This document shows positions 24,560 to 37,727 of a stretch of 64,000 nt of DNA, piece after piece. Both the position numbers and the translations under genes were made by a program. A model generated the notes under the pieces. That model saw only the letters and a program-made list of their open reading frames with translations. It was not told the origin of the DNA and did no database searches. The number at the start of each line of letters is the position of its first letter. The stretch's first letter is position 1. This stretch comes from Felis catus. Lineage: Eukaryota. The stretch spans positions 44,268,001-44,332,000 of the forward strand of contig NC_058380.1 of assembly GCF_018350175.1 (NCBI RefSeq), read 5' to 3'.

Positions 24560-24815
24560 TATTGAATGCTCACCATAAAGCTTTGGTAGTGGAACTATCA
24601 TTATTCCCTTTTACAGGTGAAGAAACCAAGGCCCTAAAAAAGGTAGAGCAATACCAATCATAAATGTATTCTGGTGGTGCTATCATTATCCCATTTTAAA
24701 AGTGGAGAAACTGAGGCCCAATGAGGTTGAGAAACTTGAGCAAGGTCTCAAAGCCAGAGGTTGAACCAAGATTTGAACCCAGGCAGTCTGATTCTTGAAC
24801 CACATGCTGACTTTG
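24560..24815 (-). mobile_element. Two adjacent MIR fragments
   Basis: ttttacaggtgaagaaacc and cccattttaaaagtggagaaactgaggccc...gatttgaacccaggcagtctg. Confidence 0.75.
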
Positions 24816-25239
24816 TTGCTACATAGCCAAACTCTAATGGCATTCCACATGCCTTGTCCCCATGTCAGTGTCTCCAATCTATCACCTAGTCCCTGGGCTC
24901 TGCTGGAGTTGCAGAGTTAGCTATGGGATACCTTTTCCTGTGTAGAATAGTAGCTATGTCATCTGGACAGGCAGGTCAACAATAATTCAGCAGCCCAGGG
25001 ATGAGAGCAAGTTGCGCTGAGGGCTCACAAGAGTGGCTGCAGCTCAAGGTACGGGGGAGGTGATGGGAGGGACCAAGGCTAAGACAGGCCTTGCTGCAAA
25101 GCCATCTGTATAGCAAATTCACATCTTCCAAACTGAATGTATGATTGGTCCAGGGATAGGTCAGAGCTCCCACTGTTTATGCTGGTGTCTACACCAGGAG
25201 AACAGGGAACACTGAGTTGGATGTGAGATTACACAAGGC

Positions 25240-25490
25240 AGTGGAGAAACACAAGAAGTATAAACACAGACTTGGAGTCAGGTAGATACAGGTTCCAACT
25301 GTGGCTCTGCCATTTACTGCCTGTATCGTTTGGTGAGGCAAGACACAGCCTCTTTACACTACGGTGTCATTCTCTGAATGATGGAATAGGGCTAGTGCAA
25401 GGGTTAAATGAGATGGTTTGTGTAGAGCACTTAACATAGTGCCTGGCTCATAGTAAGCACTCGGCAAATATTAGTTAGTGGTATTATTTA
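25240..25490 (+). mobile_element. MIR SINE
   Basis: ttggagtcag...ctctgccatttact...gggttaaatgaga...gtgcctggctcatagtaagcactc. Confidence 0.8.
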
Positions 25491-26363
25491 GACAAATTGA
25501 TAGTAGAAGCTATCCAATACGAAAGTGTGACCTCCAGCATCCTTATTTTATATAATGGCTTATTTAGAGAAAATGTTAAAATCAATATGAGACACTGAAT
25601 TTATTAGAAAGATCAATTCAGACAGCCATACTGTGATCCCAAAGATGGCTAATACTAGCTCTCTAGGGCTTTCTTATAAAAGAAACTCATTCCTTATTCC
25701 AACTATTTACACACGCTATGAACAGATACCCTTCTTTCATGAGCAGTGTCCTGTTCATTTTGTCACCCTGGAAAGGTACTGCTCAGTTTTGTTTTGGACT
25801 AAACCTTCATCCAAGGTGGGCTAACTATGGCTTCATCCCTTTCACACAGTGTGGTCTATCCAAAGCACACCAATGAACACATGAACCAATTGATGTTATG
25901 TGTCTCTGAAACATTGGATTAGATTAAAGGTGGTTTCAAATTTTTGATGTCTTTCCATTGAGAAATAGAGTCTCCTTCTCCCCTAGAGTCTGGGCCGGCC
26001 TTTGTGACTGCTTGATTGGTAGAATGCAGGAGTGACATTTGGGGATCTCCCAGGTTAGTTCATCGGAATCCTTGTAGCTTGTGTCTGGGCCTCTCAGAAG
26101 ATTTGCTCTTGGAACCCTTCGCCACTGTGTCCAACCATGTGGAAAGGCCCTGAGACAACATGGAGAGTCGGCGGGGTGGTGAGGGGGGTGTCCAGCTGGA
26201 CTCAGCTGGATGTAGGCACTTTTAAACCCTCTAACCAGCCCATCTACTATAGAACACTAAGTGACCTCCACTAATACCACATGGAACTGAAGAATCATCC
26301 CTGCTGATCCCTGCCCAAATTCCTGATCCATGAAATCATGAGCAATAATAATATGGTGGTGGT

Positions 26364-26560
26364 ATTTATTTATTTATGAGAGAGAGAGAGAGCATGCATG
26401 ATCAGAGGAGGGGCAGAGAGAGAGGGAGAGAGAATCTCAAGCAGGCTCCACTCTGTCAGCATGGAGCCTGAGGCAGGGCTCGAACTCACAAACTACAAGA
26501 TCATGACCTGAGCTCAAATCAAGAGTCAGAGGCTTAATTGACTGAGCCACTCAGGTGCCT
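26364..26560 (-). mobile_element. CAN-SINE (copy A of a tandem pair)
   Basis: (ATTT)n tail, (GA)n tract, ...gactgagccactcaggtgcc. Confidence 0.95.
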
Positions 26561-26569
26561 GGTGCTTCT

Positions 26570-26605
26570 TTAGTTTTTGGGTTTTTTTTAAGTTTATTTA
26601 TTTAT

Positions 26606-26652
<47 letters not shown>

Positions 26653-26802
26653 AAGAGAGACAAAGAGAGGGTGAATTCCAAGCAGTCTCCACACTGTCAG
26701 CACAGAGCCTGATGCGGAGCTGTAACTCACAAACCATAAGATCATGACCTGTGCCCAAATCAAGAGTCAGAGGCTTCATGGCCTGAGCCAACCAGGCGCC
26801 CC
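26570..26802 (-). mobile_element. CAN-SINE (copy B of a tandem pair) with long (GA)n
   Basis: ...gagccaaccaggcgcccc; aatatggtggtg repeated at 26350-26361 and 26803-26814. Confidence 0.95.
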
Positions 26803-27321
26803 AATATGGTGGTGCTTTGAAGCCACCTCCATCTTGGGTGCTTTGTTACATATCAATAGACAACTGGAACACAAACACTGCTGGATCTTTTGACTCAGGC
26901 TCAGAGGCTGAACCATTCACCAGTGAAGGCGTCTGGCAACAACTCAACTGCTGGATTGTGGAAGACGGAAACACTTGAGGGGCATGGACGAGACAAAGAG
27001 AAATGTCTGTCCATAAGCCACTGGTCCTAGATAAGGTTTCCAAAGGAAGTTGAACACTTCCTCTGTGAACACTGGCTGTACGTCTCGTGCTGCCAGCGCC
27101 CATGGAGGTGGACGCTGGGAGCAGCAATGAACTGACCTTCCTCGTAAGGAAGCCACAGCAGCATTCGTGCCAAAAACCAGTGATGGAACCAGCATGCTCT
27201 ACATTATTAAAAGGTGACGGTTTGGCATGAGGACGTGTGAATTCGAGTGATTAGATGCAAGCTAAAAGAGAGACGACTATTTCTGAGAGCAGTGGGTTAA
27301 TTTTTTTGGCTGCTCTTGGAA

Positions 27322-27453
27322 NNNNNNNNNNNNNNNNNNNNNNNNNNNNNNNNNNNNNNNNNNNNNNNNNNNNNNNNNNNNNNNNNNNNNNNNNNNNNNN
27401 NNNNNNNNNNNNNNNNNNNNNNNNNNNNNNNNNNNNNNNNNNNNNNNNNNNNN
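27322..27453. other. Assembly gap (132 N)
   Basis: Run of N. Confidence 0.99.
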
Positions 27454-27791
27454 ATGGCTCTCAGCGTTCTCGCAGATTCATACCGCTAGAGCGCTCCCCG
27501 TCTTTCAGGGAGAGGTTTCACCTTGAAAGCAGGCGCTGGATTCAGAAGGCACATCTTGTTACAGCAGGAACAAATACTTTAATTGCACATAGCCCCACAA
27601 GGGCCAGGTGTTTCGGAAAATCACTGATGGCCCAACTCTGAGACAAACCCAGATTCACTCTTATCTCACCAAAACAAAGCATTACCTCCCCCACCAAACA
27701 GGAAGAACAACAGGCCCCACCAGAATGGAACTCTCCCGAAAAAACACCAGAGAAATTTAGATGGTGGAGATCTCTGGGCAAGGACGGACGG

Positions 27792-27840
<49 letters not shown>
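27792..27840. repeat. (CA)n microsatellite
   Basis: Seen directly. Confidence 0.95.
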
Positions 27841-27844
<4 letters not shown>

Positions 27845-28074
27845 TGTATACGCATAGAATGTCTCTGGAATGAGCCCTGAGAAATTGGTTGCCATGTAGT
27901 TTTCTCTGGAAAGAACTGAGGACTGGAGAAAACTGGGAGGTTGATGGAGGAGGAAGACTTCTTTTTTTAATCATAGCCTTTTGAATATCTTAAGTTAAAA
28001 AGAATCACGATGAATTATTTTTCAAAATAATGAAATGGAGTAATTCCAAACCTGTTTATGGTTCTCATGACCCG

Positions 28075-28275
28075 CCTTTACGTGTATTCACTCCGTTAGT
28101 CCTTACAACAACCTTATGAAGTAGACATCCTGACTTTACAAATGAGGAAACGGAGGTACAGAGGGGTTAAGTAACTTGTCCAAGGTCACACAGCTGGTAA
28201 ATGCAGAGCTGGGATCTAGACCCACAGAGTTTGGCTCGGGAGTCTGTCCTCGTAATTACTACACAATACTGCCTT
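28075..28275 (-). mobile_element. MIR SINE
   Basis: tttacaaatgaggaaacggaggtacagaggggttaagtaacttgtccaaggtcacacagc. Confidence 0.9.
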
Positions 28276-28499
28276 GCAAAAAATAAATATGCTCAGTTGC
28301 CCGCTCATAATCAAGTTGGGGCAGATAAAATGGTTTTCTGCTCTCATATGGCCCTTCAGGATGATGGGGTGGAAAAGATGGTGGCTCAAAATAACCAAGA
28401 TATGATCTTAAACCCACGGGGCTTTGGAAGACTTTGAAATTTTGTGAATATCAGGTCAAAAGCCTGACTTTGGCCACCTTGCTCAATCTTGTGAGTTTT

Positions 28500-29120
28500 A
28501 GTAGCTACTATGTGCCAATACTCCACTAGAGTTTGGGTGGGGGGAAGCTAGTGAATTAAATAGAGTTCCTGTTCTCCAGAAATGTACTGCATCCTCGGGG
28601 AGATAGGGAGTAAACAAACAGTCACACAAGTTATAATGTGAGCAATAAAGAAAAGTGAAAGGGTGTGTCAAGAGATGAGGAGGCCCTGCTGAAGAATGGG
28701 CAGGGAAAGTGGAAGAGAGTGGGAGAAAGAAAAGTATTCTGGGTGGGGGGAGCAGCCTATGCGGAGACACCAAGGCAGGAAAGAAGCACCTGACTGGAGA
28801 GAGAAAGGCCCCTGTGGGTAAAGCAAAGGGAGTCAAACTGAGTTCGGAGAAAGAGGCATATCACACACACCATGATAAGCATTTCACAATTGTTCCAAGA
28901 GCCGTGGGAAGCCACTGCAGGTTATAAGCAGGAGTGACATAATTTGATTTACTTTGTAAGAGGATTATTTGGGGGCGCCGTGTGAATAATACACAGAGGA
29001 TGAGGCAATGAGGCAGTGGAAAGCCAGTTAGGAAGTCTCTGCAGGAATCCAGGTAAGTGACGAGGATAGTTTGGAATCAAGAGCTGGCAGAGAGAGTAGA
29101 TAAATTTGAGATCTACTTGG
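28500..29120 (-). mobile_element. L2 LINE
   Basis: ctactatgtgcca...gggaagccactgcaggttataagcaggagtgacataatttgattt...ccagttaggaag...atccagg. Confidence 0.8.
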
Positions 29121-30171
29121 TGGTATGATATGCTATGAAATTAGAATAATAACGTTGGCCACGAAGTATAATTATGAAGTGTAAATTCACTGGGGTGAAA
29201 ATGCTCTGTCAACTGTAAGGTGCTAGACAGAAACAACTACTACCATAGATGAAGAAACCAAGTACTAGAGAGACTCTAACTTGCCCAACGTCACACAACT
29301 GCTTAGTGGCTGGGAGGAAGTTGGCCTGCCATCCCTTCATTCCCTTCTCCGGGGTAGTGGGAGGGATCCAAGAAGGAAGGAAGAGAAGGCTAGTGACCAC
29401 GTGTAATTCCCTTGTCCAGTGGGCCTCTGGGTAAAGAGAGTAATGATACTTAGGATGCCTCTCGCTAAAGATTACCTCTAGCCAACAGGACTCAGGATCT
29501 ATGAAGCAGGGCTCCTTACAGAATATCATATCAGCTATGCAACACTCTGTGGGAATAAAATGGAGATGCTTCCTAATCAAAATGCTCTGTAGTAAGAGGT
29601 GACCCCATGATCCTCACCTATTATTCTGGGTGAGACGTGTGTATTTAGTGAGGGAAGAAAGGGCCTAGGGAGCCATTCTCGAGGTCCCCTGAATTTTTTC
29701 CTTCATCCAAATCTCTTATGAACTGCACCCCTAAAATTATTCAGCAAAGCTTTATATTAAGAGATCTGATTTATGTGACATGATTTGACAATCTCATCCC
29801 ATGTGTCCCAGACGCTATTCTTCCAATGATCCCCATGTAACATGTCAGCCCCCATGTAACATCAGGCCCAATTATAAGGTATGGAGGTGAAGGGAGAACA
29901 GACTAGCTTACATTTGAATCCCTTGTTAGCAGCCTAACTCTGATTTATTGGACACTTAAGACAGCTACATACTGGAAAATTAATTTTTTTAGGATAGTTA
30001 TGCAAGTTAAGAAACACAATGGATCTGCCTTCATTGCGAACGAGTAAAACTTGAAGAAAACAATACCGGATTCTTTGTGATGGTTCATATGATTACCCTA
30101 GGAGATGAACCAGGCCTTTTAGGTCCCCCAGTGACTGGTCAAAGAGAGTCAAACTGGTGCTAAGCATTTAC

Positions 30172-30212
30172 CTTCGAGAAGGCTCTTTGGATGGTCACCA
30201 ACCACCCTCCAA
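30172..30212 (-). other. Candidate 41-nt cassette exon
   Basis: gtcctgattctttggcag|TTGGAG...TCGAAG|gtaaat; moderate splice sites. Confidence 0.25.
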
Positions 30213-30310
30213 CTGCCAAAGAATCAGGACAATATTAACGTTCTACAGTGAACATGATTCCCCAAACTATTCACGACCCTACTAAGCATGGAGTTCTCTT
30301 CTCTCTCTAT

Positions 30311-30509
30311 TTGTTATTTAAAAACAATTTGAAAGTTTATTTTTGAGAGAGAGAGAGAGGGTGAGCATGCAGAGGAGGGGCAGAGAGAGAGGGGGACAGA
30401 TGTGTAAAGTGGGTTCTGTGCTGACAGCAAAGAGGCCGATGTGGGGCTCGAGTTCACGAACTTGAGCTGAAGTCGGACGCTTCACCAACTGAGCCACCCA
30501 GGCGTCCCC
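30311..30509 (-). mobile_element. CAN-SINE (feliform type)
   Basis: gtttatttttgagagagag...gctgaagtcggacgctt...gagccacccaggcgtcccc. Confidence 0.95.
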
Positions 30510-31224
30510 TTCTCTCTCTTTTTCAAAATGCACCATTAATGTTCATATACAACTTCATTTTGGAACTTAGGAGGGATGATGAAAGAGCACTGTCACTCTA
30601 GCTGGAAGGGAGAGAAGCCTTTTTGTCTTCTCTTCCTCATAACAAACTATTTATGCTGGAGGCATCAAAAGAGAATCAGTACACAGACCCCAGATCCTAC
30701 TCCTGGTACAAAACTCCCCAATTGTGAACGGAGCGTTGCAGATAAAGCATGCCAAGGGGCCAGGGCTTCCTCTGGCAGATGTTCCACACGAGGACACTGG
30801 CAGGCTTATGTGATGGAAGCATAAACATGTTTCTGAAGAGAAGCCTTTTCACATCGCCTTTACCCCCCCACCGAGCTCCCAGACTAACGCCTGACATTTA
30901 CCTTCAGCGAGTGGGTCAAGGGTGTGAATCATGAGCTGGAAGATGCTGTTCCTCATGAGGCTGTTATGGAGGGAGGCAGAACTTCCACCTCGCTGGAGAC
31001 GTGGCTTAGCCTGAGCAGAGAAACCAGACAAAGACGCTGTTAGTTCTCAGCAACTACAGGCAAGTGTATTACAGGTCAGATCTCACTTGGTCTGGTGGGC
31101 ACCCATTTATGTCACATGATCACACACCACTGGATGAGAGATTTTCAAAGTACATTTCAAATCTTGCTTTCTCACATCCTAAGGGAATCAACTGCTACAT
31201 GTTTTGCGGGGTGGGGGAGGGGAG

Positions 31225-31400
31225 CTTAGTAAATGCCAGTCGGTGCGCTACGTGCTTCACATCCATCACTTTATCTCAGTCTCCAAATGAGCCCCGTGAA
31301 CTAGCTGCGGTCATTATTCCCTGTAGACAGATGAGGAAACTTCGTCTCAGAGAAGTGAAATGAGGTGCCCAAGTCACACGGACAAAAATCAGAGAATAGA
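31225..31400 (-). mobile_element. MIR SINE
   Basis: cattattccctgtagacagatgaggaaact...cagagaagtgaaatga. Confidence 0.7.
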
Positions 31401-31446
31401 GAAATGGATCTCGGGTTTGCTTCTCTCAAAATTTATTTGACCCAGT

Positions 31447-31703
31447 CAGTGGATGATCCTTAAAATGTTCGGACCGTGCACCCCATCCATAACATTTTTG
31501 AGTATGCTTATATGTACGCATCTCTGTCTCTATATCCACGCACACTAAAATATGAGTCTGTCTAGCATAACACATTTGCAAAAGTAGAAATTATGAAGAA
31601 TATAGAAAGTAAATGATAGAGCCGCTAATATTTTCTCCTTGCTCCCCAAAGGAATACTTTGCAGATCTCCTGGGATACCTCATCTCGACCCTGAGGTCCA
31701 CAG
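31447..31703 (-). mobile_element. MER113-like hAT-Charlie MITE
   Basis: ctaatattttctccttgctccccaaagga...ctgaggtccacag; starts cagtgg. Confidence 0.55.
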
Positions 31704-33601
31704 CCTATGGTGTGTATTAAGTGAGATTTGAAGAGAAAGAACCTCTTATTGAGTCCTCAGAAAAACTTCCTGACGTCCAAGGGAGGCTCCTTTTGCATAA
31801 ACTACTAGTGTGAGTCTTTGGCTAATTAAATGAAACTGACAGGTAAGAGACGAAGAAAGAACTTCTAGAGATGAGGTTACTTACAAACTCTTTTTATGGC
31901 ATCTTCAAAAGCAAACAGTCTAAAAAAAGAAGCCCTAAACCGTCTGGATTTGATAGATTTTTTATCCTGACTAGGAACTGCTTTCTCCTCCTTTGGTTGA
32001 GTCTGTGCTAGTTCTCACGGGGAAAGAGACTTAAGAAGTAGCTGAACTTTACAGGCAGCTGGATTTAAGAGGGAGGGAGGTAATGTGGTATGAGGGAATT
32101 AATTGCTTTTTGAACTTCTGATGCAAAATCTCAACATAAAGTTTTTCTGGGGCCAGGTAAAAATAAAATGTGATTTCCTACAGTCTCCCAACCATCTCTA
32201 CATTACAGGGTTTTCCAATATATACCATCACACTCAAGACTCACAAGGGGGCTTTCCAAGAAGAGTCCCACAAGGGACTTCACAATCAAATACATTTGGC
32301 AAGTGCTACCTCCTAGACCAAGCCACCATTAGCATTTTAAGATACACACTGGACCGCGAAATGTAACACTAAGGAAATCTGGTTCACTCCGTTGTCTTGG
32401 ACAGCACCCATAGGTCTCTTATTTTGTAGAATACTTACTAACAATCATGGTCCACACACTGGGAGACAAACATGGAACCCACAGTAACTTGAAGTATGGG
32501 TAAAGTGCCAGGGTAAGATACATGGAGGAATCTGAATTTCCTAGTGTGATTTTATTGTCATTGATATTCTAAGGAAATCGTATTCTGAACTCTGACCGAA
32601 GAAGAATCAGAGGGGATTACTGATGTCTCAATTGTGAACCAGATCACGAGCTCCTCAAAGGAAGAGATTGGGTCTATATCTCTAGCCCAGTACCAGATTT
32701 GGTATATCTTATGGGCTCTCAACGAATCTCATAAGTCTTTGCTCTGAGCCCTACAGGAGAAAGGATGGGGTCATATGTATCTTTATTACTAGTCTTTTCA
32801 GTCTTAAAAATCTGTAACATTTCTTAATGCATTGTGTTATTTGATTCAGATGATTAAGGTTCAGAGAATTTTGGGGGCAAGGTTAAGAGGCTCGAATAGA
32901 GTTGAAATGTAATCACTGTTTGACAGCTGGACACAAAACTCTGAAGGTCATTTCCTTGCCATGCTGCACATTACAGAATGTGATGTGTTAATTGGATAGG
33001 AACTGGTAAATGTTTTTGTTGCTAATAATTTGTCATAACCACCATTACTACGCTCGCTCTAGGAAACTAGAAGAACTTTGCTGTGGAGATCATCATCAGC
33101 GAAGGATTCTATCTACAGAAGAACGTAAAGCATTCTTTGGGGTATTATGTATATATTAAATACATAGGTGTCATGCAGCATTTCTTTTGATGGAACCAAA
33201 AGAAATTTCTCGCCAAAAATTAGGTGCATGCAGATACACAAAGAAAATAGATATCAAGCATTAGATCCCACACTGTCCCCAAATATCAGCTCAACATCCC
33301 CTGGGATGCAATTTGGAAATATTTCACTCTTTCAACTCCTCTAAAAGTTTACACCAAATGAAAGAGAGAATTCTAACGCTTTGAAATCTAGTCCCAGAAA
33401 TAATTTGAACATCAGTGAATATCAGAATACAGCTGACACGAATTATAGGACCGAGTATACATATATACCAGCAGATTAAGCCGTTTAAGTATCCCAAGGG
33501 GGAGAATGGTTTGTTGAGCACATGAGCCCTCCTCCTCCCTCCCCTGTCCCACACTCTCCACAGGCACACAAACAGGTACAGACACAGCCACTGCTTCCTA
33601 C

Positions 33602-33640
33602 CGGTAGAGCCGGCTCATCCTTGTCCCTGGCTGTGGACGA
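33602..33640 (-). other. Candidate 39-nt cassette exon (phase 0: SSTARDKDEPALP)
   Basis: Long polypyrimidine tract ttgtcttttgtttttgcctttttctcttacgcag|TCGTCC...CTACCG|gtagga. Length is a multiple of 3, no stop in phase 0, CpGs retained, repeat-free flanks. Confidence 0.6.
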
Positions 33641-33844
33641 CTGCGTAAGAGAAAAAGGCAAAAACAAAAGACAAATAAATAAATGATGAATCACACAGAG
33701 GTTTTACATTTAATGACAAGCATCAGTATAAGGAAAGATTGGTTCTTTCTGCTTCTGGGAAGGAATGAACCAACACAGGGGGCCAACAGGTATAGATTAC
33801 TAGCCAATATATAATGGTTTATTTAGGCACATGGCACATTCTCC

Positions 33845-34170
33845 TGAACACTCAAAAGTTGAATGGCCAACCCAAGTGCCCAGCAACTGAGGGCAGTTCA
33901 ATCAATTATGGCCCATCCATGCAGTGGAATTACCACGTGGTCATTAAAATAAATGAGGTAAGTACACTTGTATGGACATGCAAAAATATCTAAGATATAC
34001 TGTTCAAGTGAAAACAATTAAAATCTTATTTTTCATCTCGTGTTATGAAGGAAAATAAATTAACAATACTTTAGCATATGTAACGAAAAAAATTTCTGTA
34101 AGAATCATACCAAACCTTTGCCAGTGGTTATTGTTGGGGGTTGGGATCACAAGGAAGAATGTTTTTCCAA
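33845..34170 (+). mobile_element. Old L1ME-type 3' fragment
   Basis: aattatggcccatccatgcagtggaattacc...attaaaataaatgaggta...gatatactgttcaagtgaaaa. Confidence 0.7.
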
Positions 34171-37100
34171 GTATTTTGGAGGGCAGCCACATTCAACCAC
34201 CCCATATAGGGTAAATAAAATAAAGCCTGAAGAAGTTAGGCCACTGGATTAAAGACTAAGATCGTCACACGCAGAATTCAGATAGTACACTTTCTCTGCC
34301 TCCCTCACTTCAAGTTTGCCATTCTAAAAATGGAAATATTTGTCAAGTCAAGAAAAGTCGACTGAAACACAAGGGCACCTGAGGGCCTAGTCATCTGTTA
34401 GGAGAGAACGCAACTCCAACAAAGGGACATTAGAGTTCTAACATGACCCAACTGGATGGCTTTGCTTTGTCAGTTTAATATGCACACTCCTTCAGCAGAA
34501 CCAAGGCACTATCCTGTGATCTTTCTAATGATATACAGGTGCCCTGTGACCTTCTTCATGCTTGGACCACCTCCTTTGCCCCTATACCTCAACTATGGGT
34601 GCATACAGCAGGAACAACCCAGAACTCTACTCCTGGTGTCTAGTTTCTGGTCCTCCCCGTCAGCGTCTTTGGTAATTTATGTCTTCATGAATAATCAATC
34701 CCATGCAGAGAAGACCACACAATGCAGAGCTGTTCTGGAAACTTCACAAACCCTAGGCTCTCCTTTTTAGTCCTACCACACATGTCTGTATGTAAGGATG
34801 TTCAGATGCTCCCATTTCCCACCTAAAATATACATTTCCATGTAAAACACTGGAAAGGATTCTTATAATTTCATATTTCAAGTTATTGGCTATGTGTAAT
34901 TCACTTAATTATGATTGGCACGTTTGAAATCTTGGAACATGAGAAACTGAATCCATAATTTGTTTTCACATGTAATGTGATTTTAAGAAGACTAAATTTC
35001 GCACTTAATGAAGCTGACATTAAATGTGTGCAGACATTCCATTAAACATTTAATATTCTTATAGAAAACTTTTTTTAGATTTTAGCGTCAATACCAACAT
35101 ATATGTTTTTCTTCTGGTTCCACACATTTTTGTAGGCCCTTGAAGAGCTTGTATGCCTCAGGCCCAGACAGAACTGTTCTCCACTGGTGATAATTTTTGG
35201 GCACAGCCCTTGGGCATTCTAAATTTGCCATAACCCCCTGATTTGGGGCTCTCTCTCAGAGACTTCTCTAAAAATACGAGTAAGAAACTATTGCTGATTC
35301 CCTAGTCCCCAGGAACATGCTTGGAGATTGATGTGGACCTGGAATTTGTCTTTGATTTCCCTTTTTGCTCTGAAGGCACTGTATGATCCTGCTTCTCTCT
35401 GGCAGGTCCTTTCATTTTCTCTTCTTCTACATCAGACGGCTCAACAAATGGCCCCACGTCCCACAGAACATTCCCCCAGGGAAGTTATCCAGTGCAGCAA
35501 GCTCAGCCTTTGGACGTACACCGAGATGAACTGTCAGAGCACGCCTTTTCAGTTAGCAAATTTACACCTTGTGGCTAAATGGCAGACAAATAATTAGGAG
35601 CAGGAATGGATACCACAGCGACACTTCAGCACATGAAGGGACAGGATGAAATGCAGCAAAGAACAGGGTGGTCTTTAGAAGAGCAAAACCATAACCAGCT
35701 AAGGGTGTGCCTGGAAAAATATATATATTTAAAGAAAATATTTGAGGAAGGAAAAAAGATCAAGCCTGTCTTTTGGTCTGAAAGGGAGAAAATATATCTG
35801 CCCCACTGACTTCCTTTTTCTCTCACAAGCAAGACGGGTCACGAGACACGATAAATGGAAAGAAAATGCCTAAGTACATAGATTCTACAAAGAAAAAACT
35901 GGTTGCAGAGAAAGGTCTGAAATCCTTTACAAAGTCTCCCACTGTTGAATGTCAGCCGAAGTTGACATCATTAGTTTTCTTTGAAGTGTAACTTGAGGAC
36001 ATGAATATACATCAGGTTACCGCATGTATATTTAGGAATATATATAAATGGCAACCGAAGCCATTAAGACACCCCTCCACTTTCCTTTTATGTAGCCCTG
36101 TTGCAAAAGAGATGGAAAATGAGCCGTGTGATGATAACTGCTCATTTTCAGGGGCTCACCTACATCAACTGGTAAACCCTCATGCTCACCTGACTTGGCC
36201 TCACTTTCGCTGCACGGTGAAGCAGTGGTGCTGATTATGTTAGGAGTTCATTTTTAAATGGGTTTTAATTACATCGGAAGTAACTGGTGAAGACAACAAA
36301 GGAATGATCCAAACGTGTATAGCCGATGCTTATAGGCCTGCAGTGTTTCTAACCACTGAATTATTTAGCTCACTATCTGGGCTTGAGGTTGACCGTGGTG
36401 TTGTGAATTTATTTTCAGGGCCACTGAACCCCCGACCACTTTATTTTAACCCATCGTATATGACAGAAGACAGCTTCTTCAAATGAAGACTCATGGGACT
36501 TCGGGGATTAATCTTGGCCTTCTTCTTATGCATTTTTGCTTTTGCATGCCCTTGACTTTAAACACACCAACATATCGCACATTTGGCCTGTAAGCAATTT
36601 GAAAGCCCAATCCCTGGTGGTCAGCTGAAAGGCTGTGCTGGCCATGGGCAAAATTTGTTAAGTCTATTGGGAACATACATGGAAATTCTTGAGGAATATT
36701 TAAAAGAATTCATAAACTGCATCTCCCAGGGTCACAGGTTGGAGCTGTGGTGCACCAACACAGACCTGCTTCTTCATTCATGAAAGCAGGACATCCACCA
36801 GGCCAGGATATAAGGGATACATCTTTTACTTAAAAGAAAGTATTCTATAATTCAACCCTTTATTTAATGTAAGCTGGCCTCCTCCTTAATCACTGCAAGT
36901 AATTGAGTAATTGAACAACTGGAATGATGCCATTAATATCTGTTATTCTCTCCGGCAGAAACCCCAATTCTATATGGGAATTTTGCTATTTGATAGGTGC
37001 TTTGAAAGGGCCCCCCCCCCATTATAAAACCATTAGCCCACTCAGGATGTATTTTTAGCACTATAACTCATTCATAAATCCTTAAGTTGTCTTTCTTCCT

Positions 37101-37727
37101 TTGATCCCCCGGAAACCACTGGTTGAGAGATGATTTCCTTGACTACAACATGTTTGATTTGACTTTATACAGAGCTTCCCCCCAGATACAGGCCCCCACC
37201 TCCACCGCAGACACATCAACATCAGGCAAATATGACAGTTTAGCTGCGTCATAGCCACACAGCTTATGCGTCACTCGCATGATCAAATGGGTCGCTGGGA
37301 AGATTTCACATGCCAAAAGACAACTGTGTAAAATGAGGGGTGACTTCTCTGGACAGTGGCATGCCATCAGATATAGAAAGATAAGCAATTATTCACAACA
37401 GTCAAGTAACATCCATAAACTTCTGCCACTATAATCTCTCACTAGATCCTGAGAAATGCACCAGAATTTATTGTGCCAAGGACCAAGAAGCACTGTAAAG
37501 TCCACAAAAAAATTTTAAAGTACCATTATTTTGTCATAAATGTCACCTAAAACATAGATGCCTGCGATTAGAAATACTGATCCAATATTTAACTGACATT
37601 AGTTTGATGTCTTGGAATTTAGAAAGGTTGGGTGGAGGGGAAAGATGGATTTTCATTAAGAAATTAACAAGGAAGTGTGAAATACTGTCTCCTTTTTCTT
37701 TCAACATATTCAGCTGTAACAATAACT

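Larger units (their letters stand above)
25900..26871 (+). mobile_element. MLT1 (ERVL-MaLR) solo LTR interrupted by two SINEs
   Basis: ccctagagtctgggccggcctttgtgactgcttga...ccctgcccaaattcctga...; 3' end tttgttaca...caatagacaactggaaca. Confidence 0.8.

Noticed and set aside
32207-32465. Possible additional old DNA-transposon fragments (also ~21560-21690, ~34750-35165, ~39720-39900)
   Set aside because: They resemble hAT MITEs but are too degenerate to assign family or boundaries by eye.
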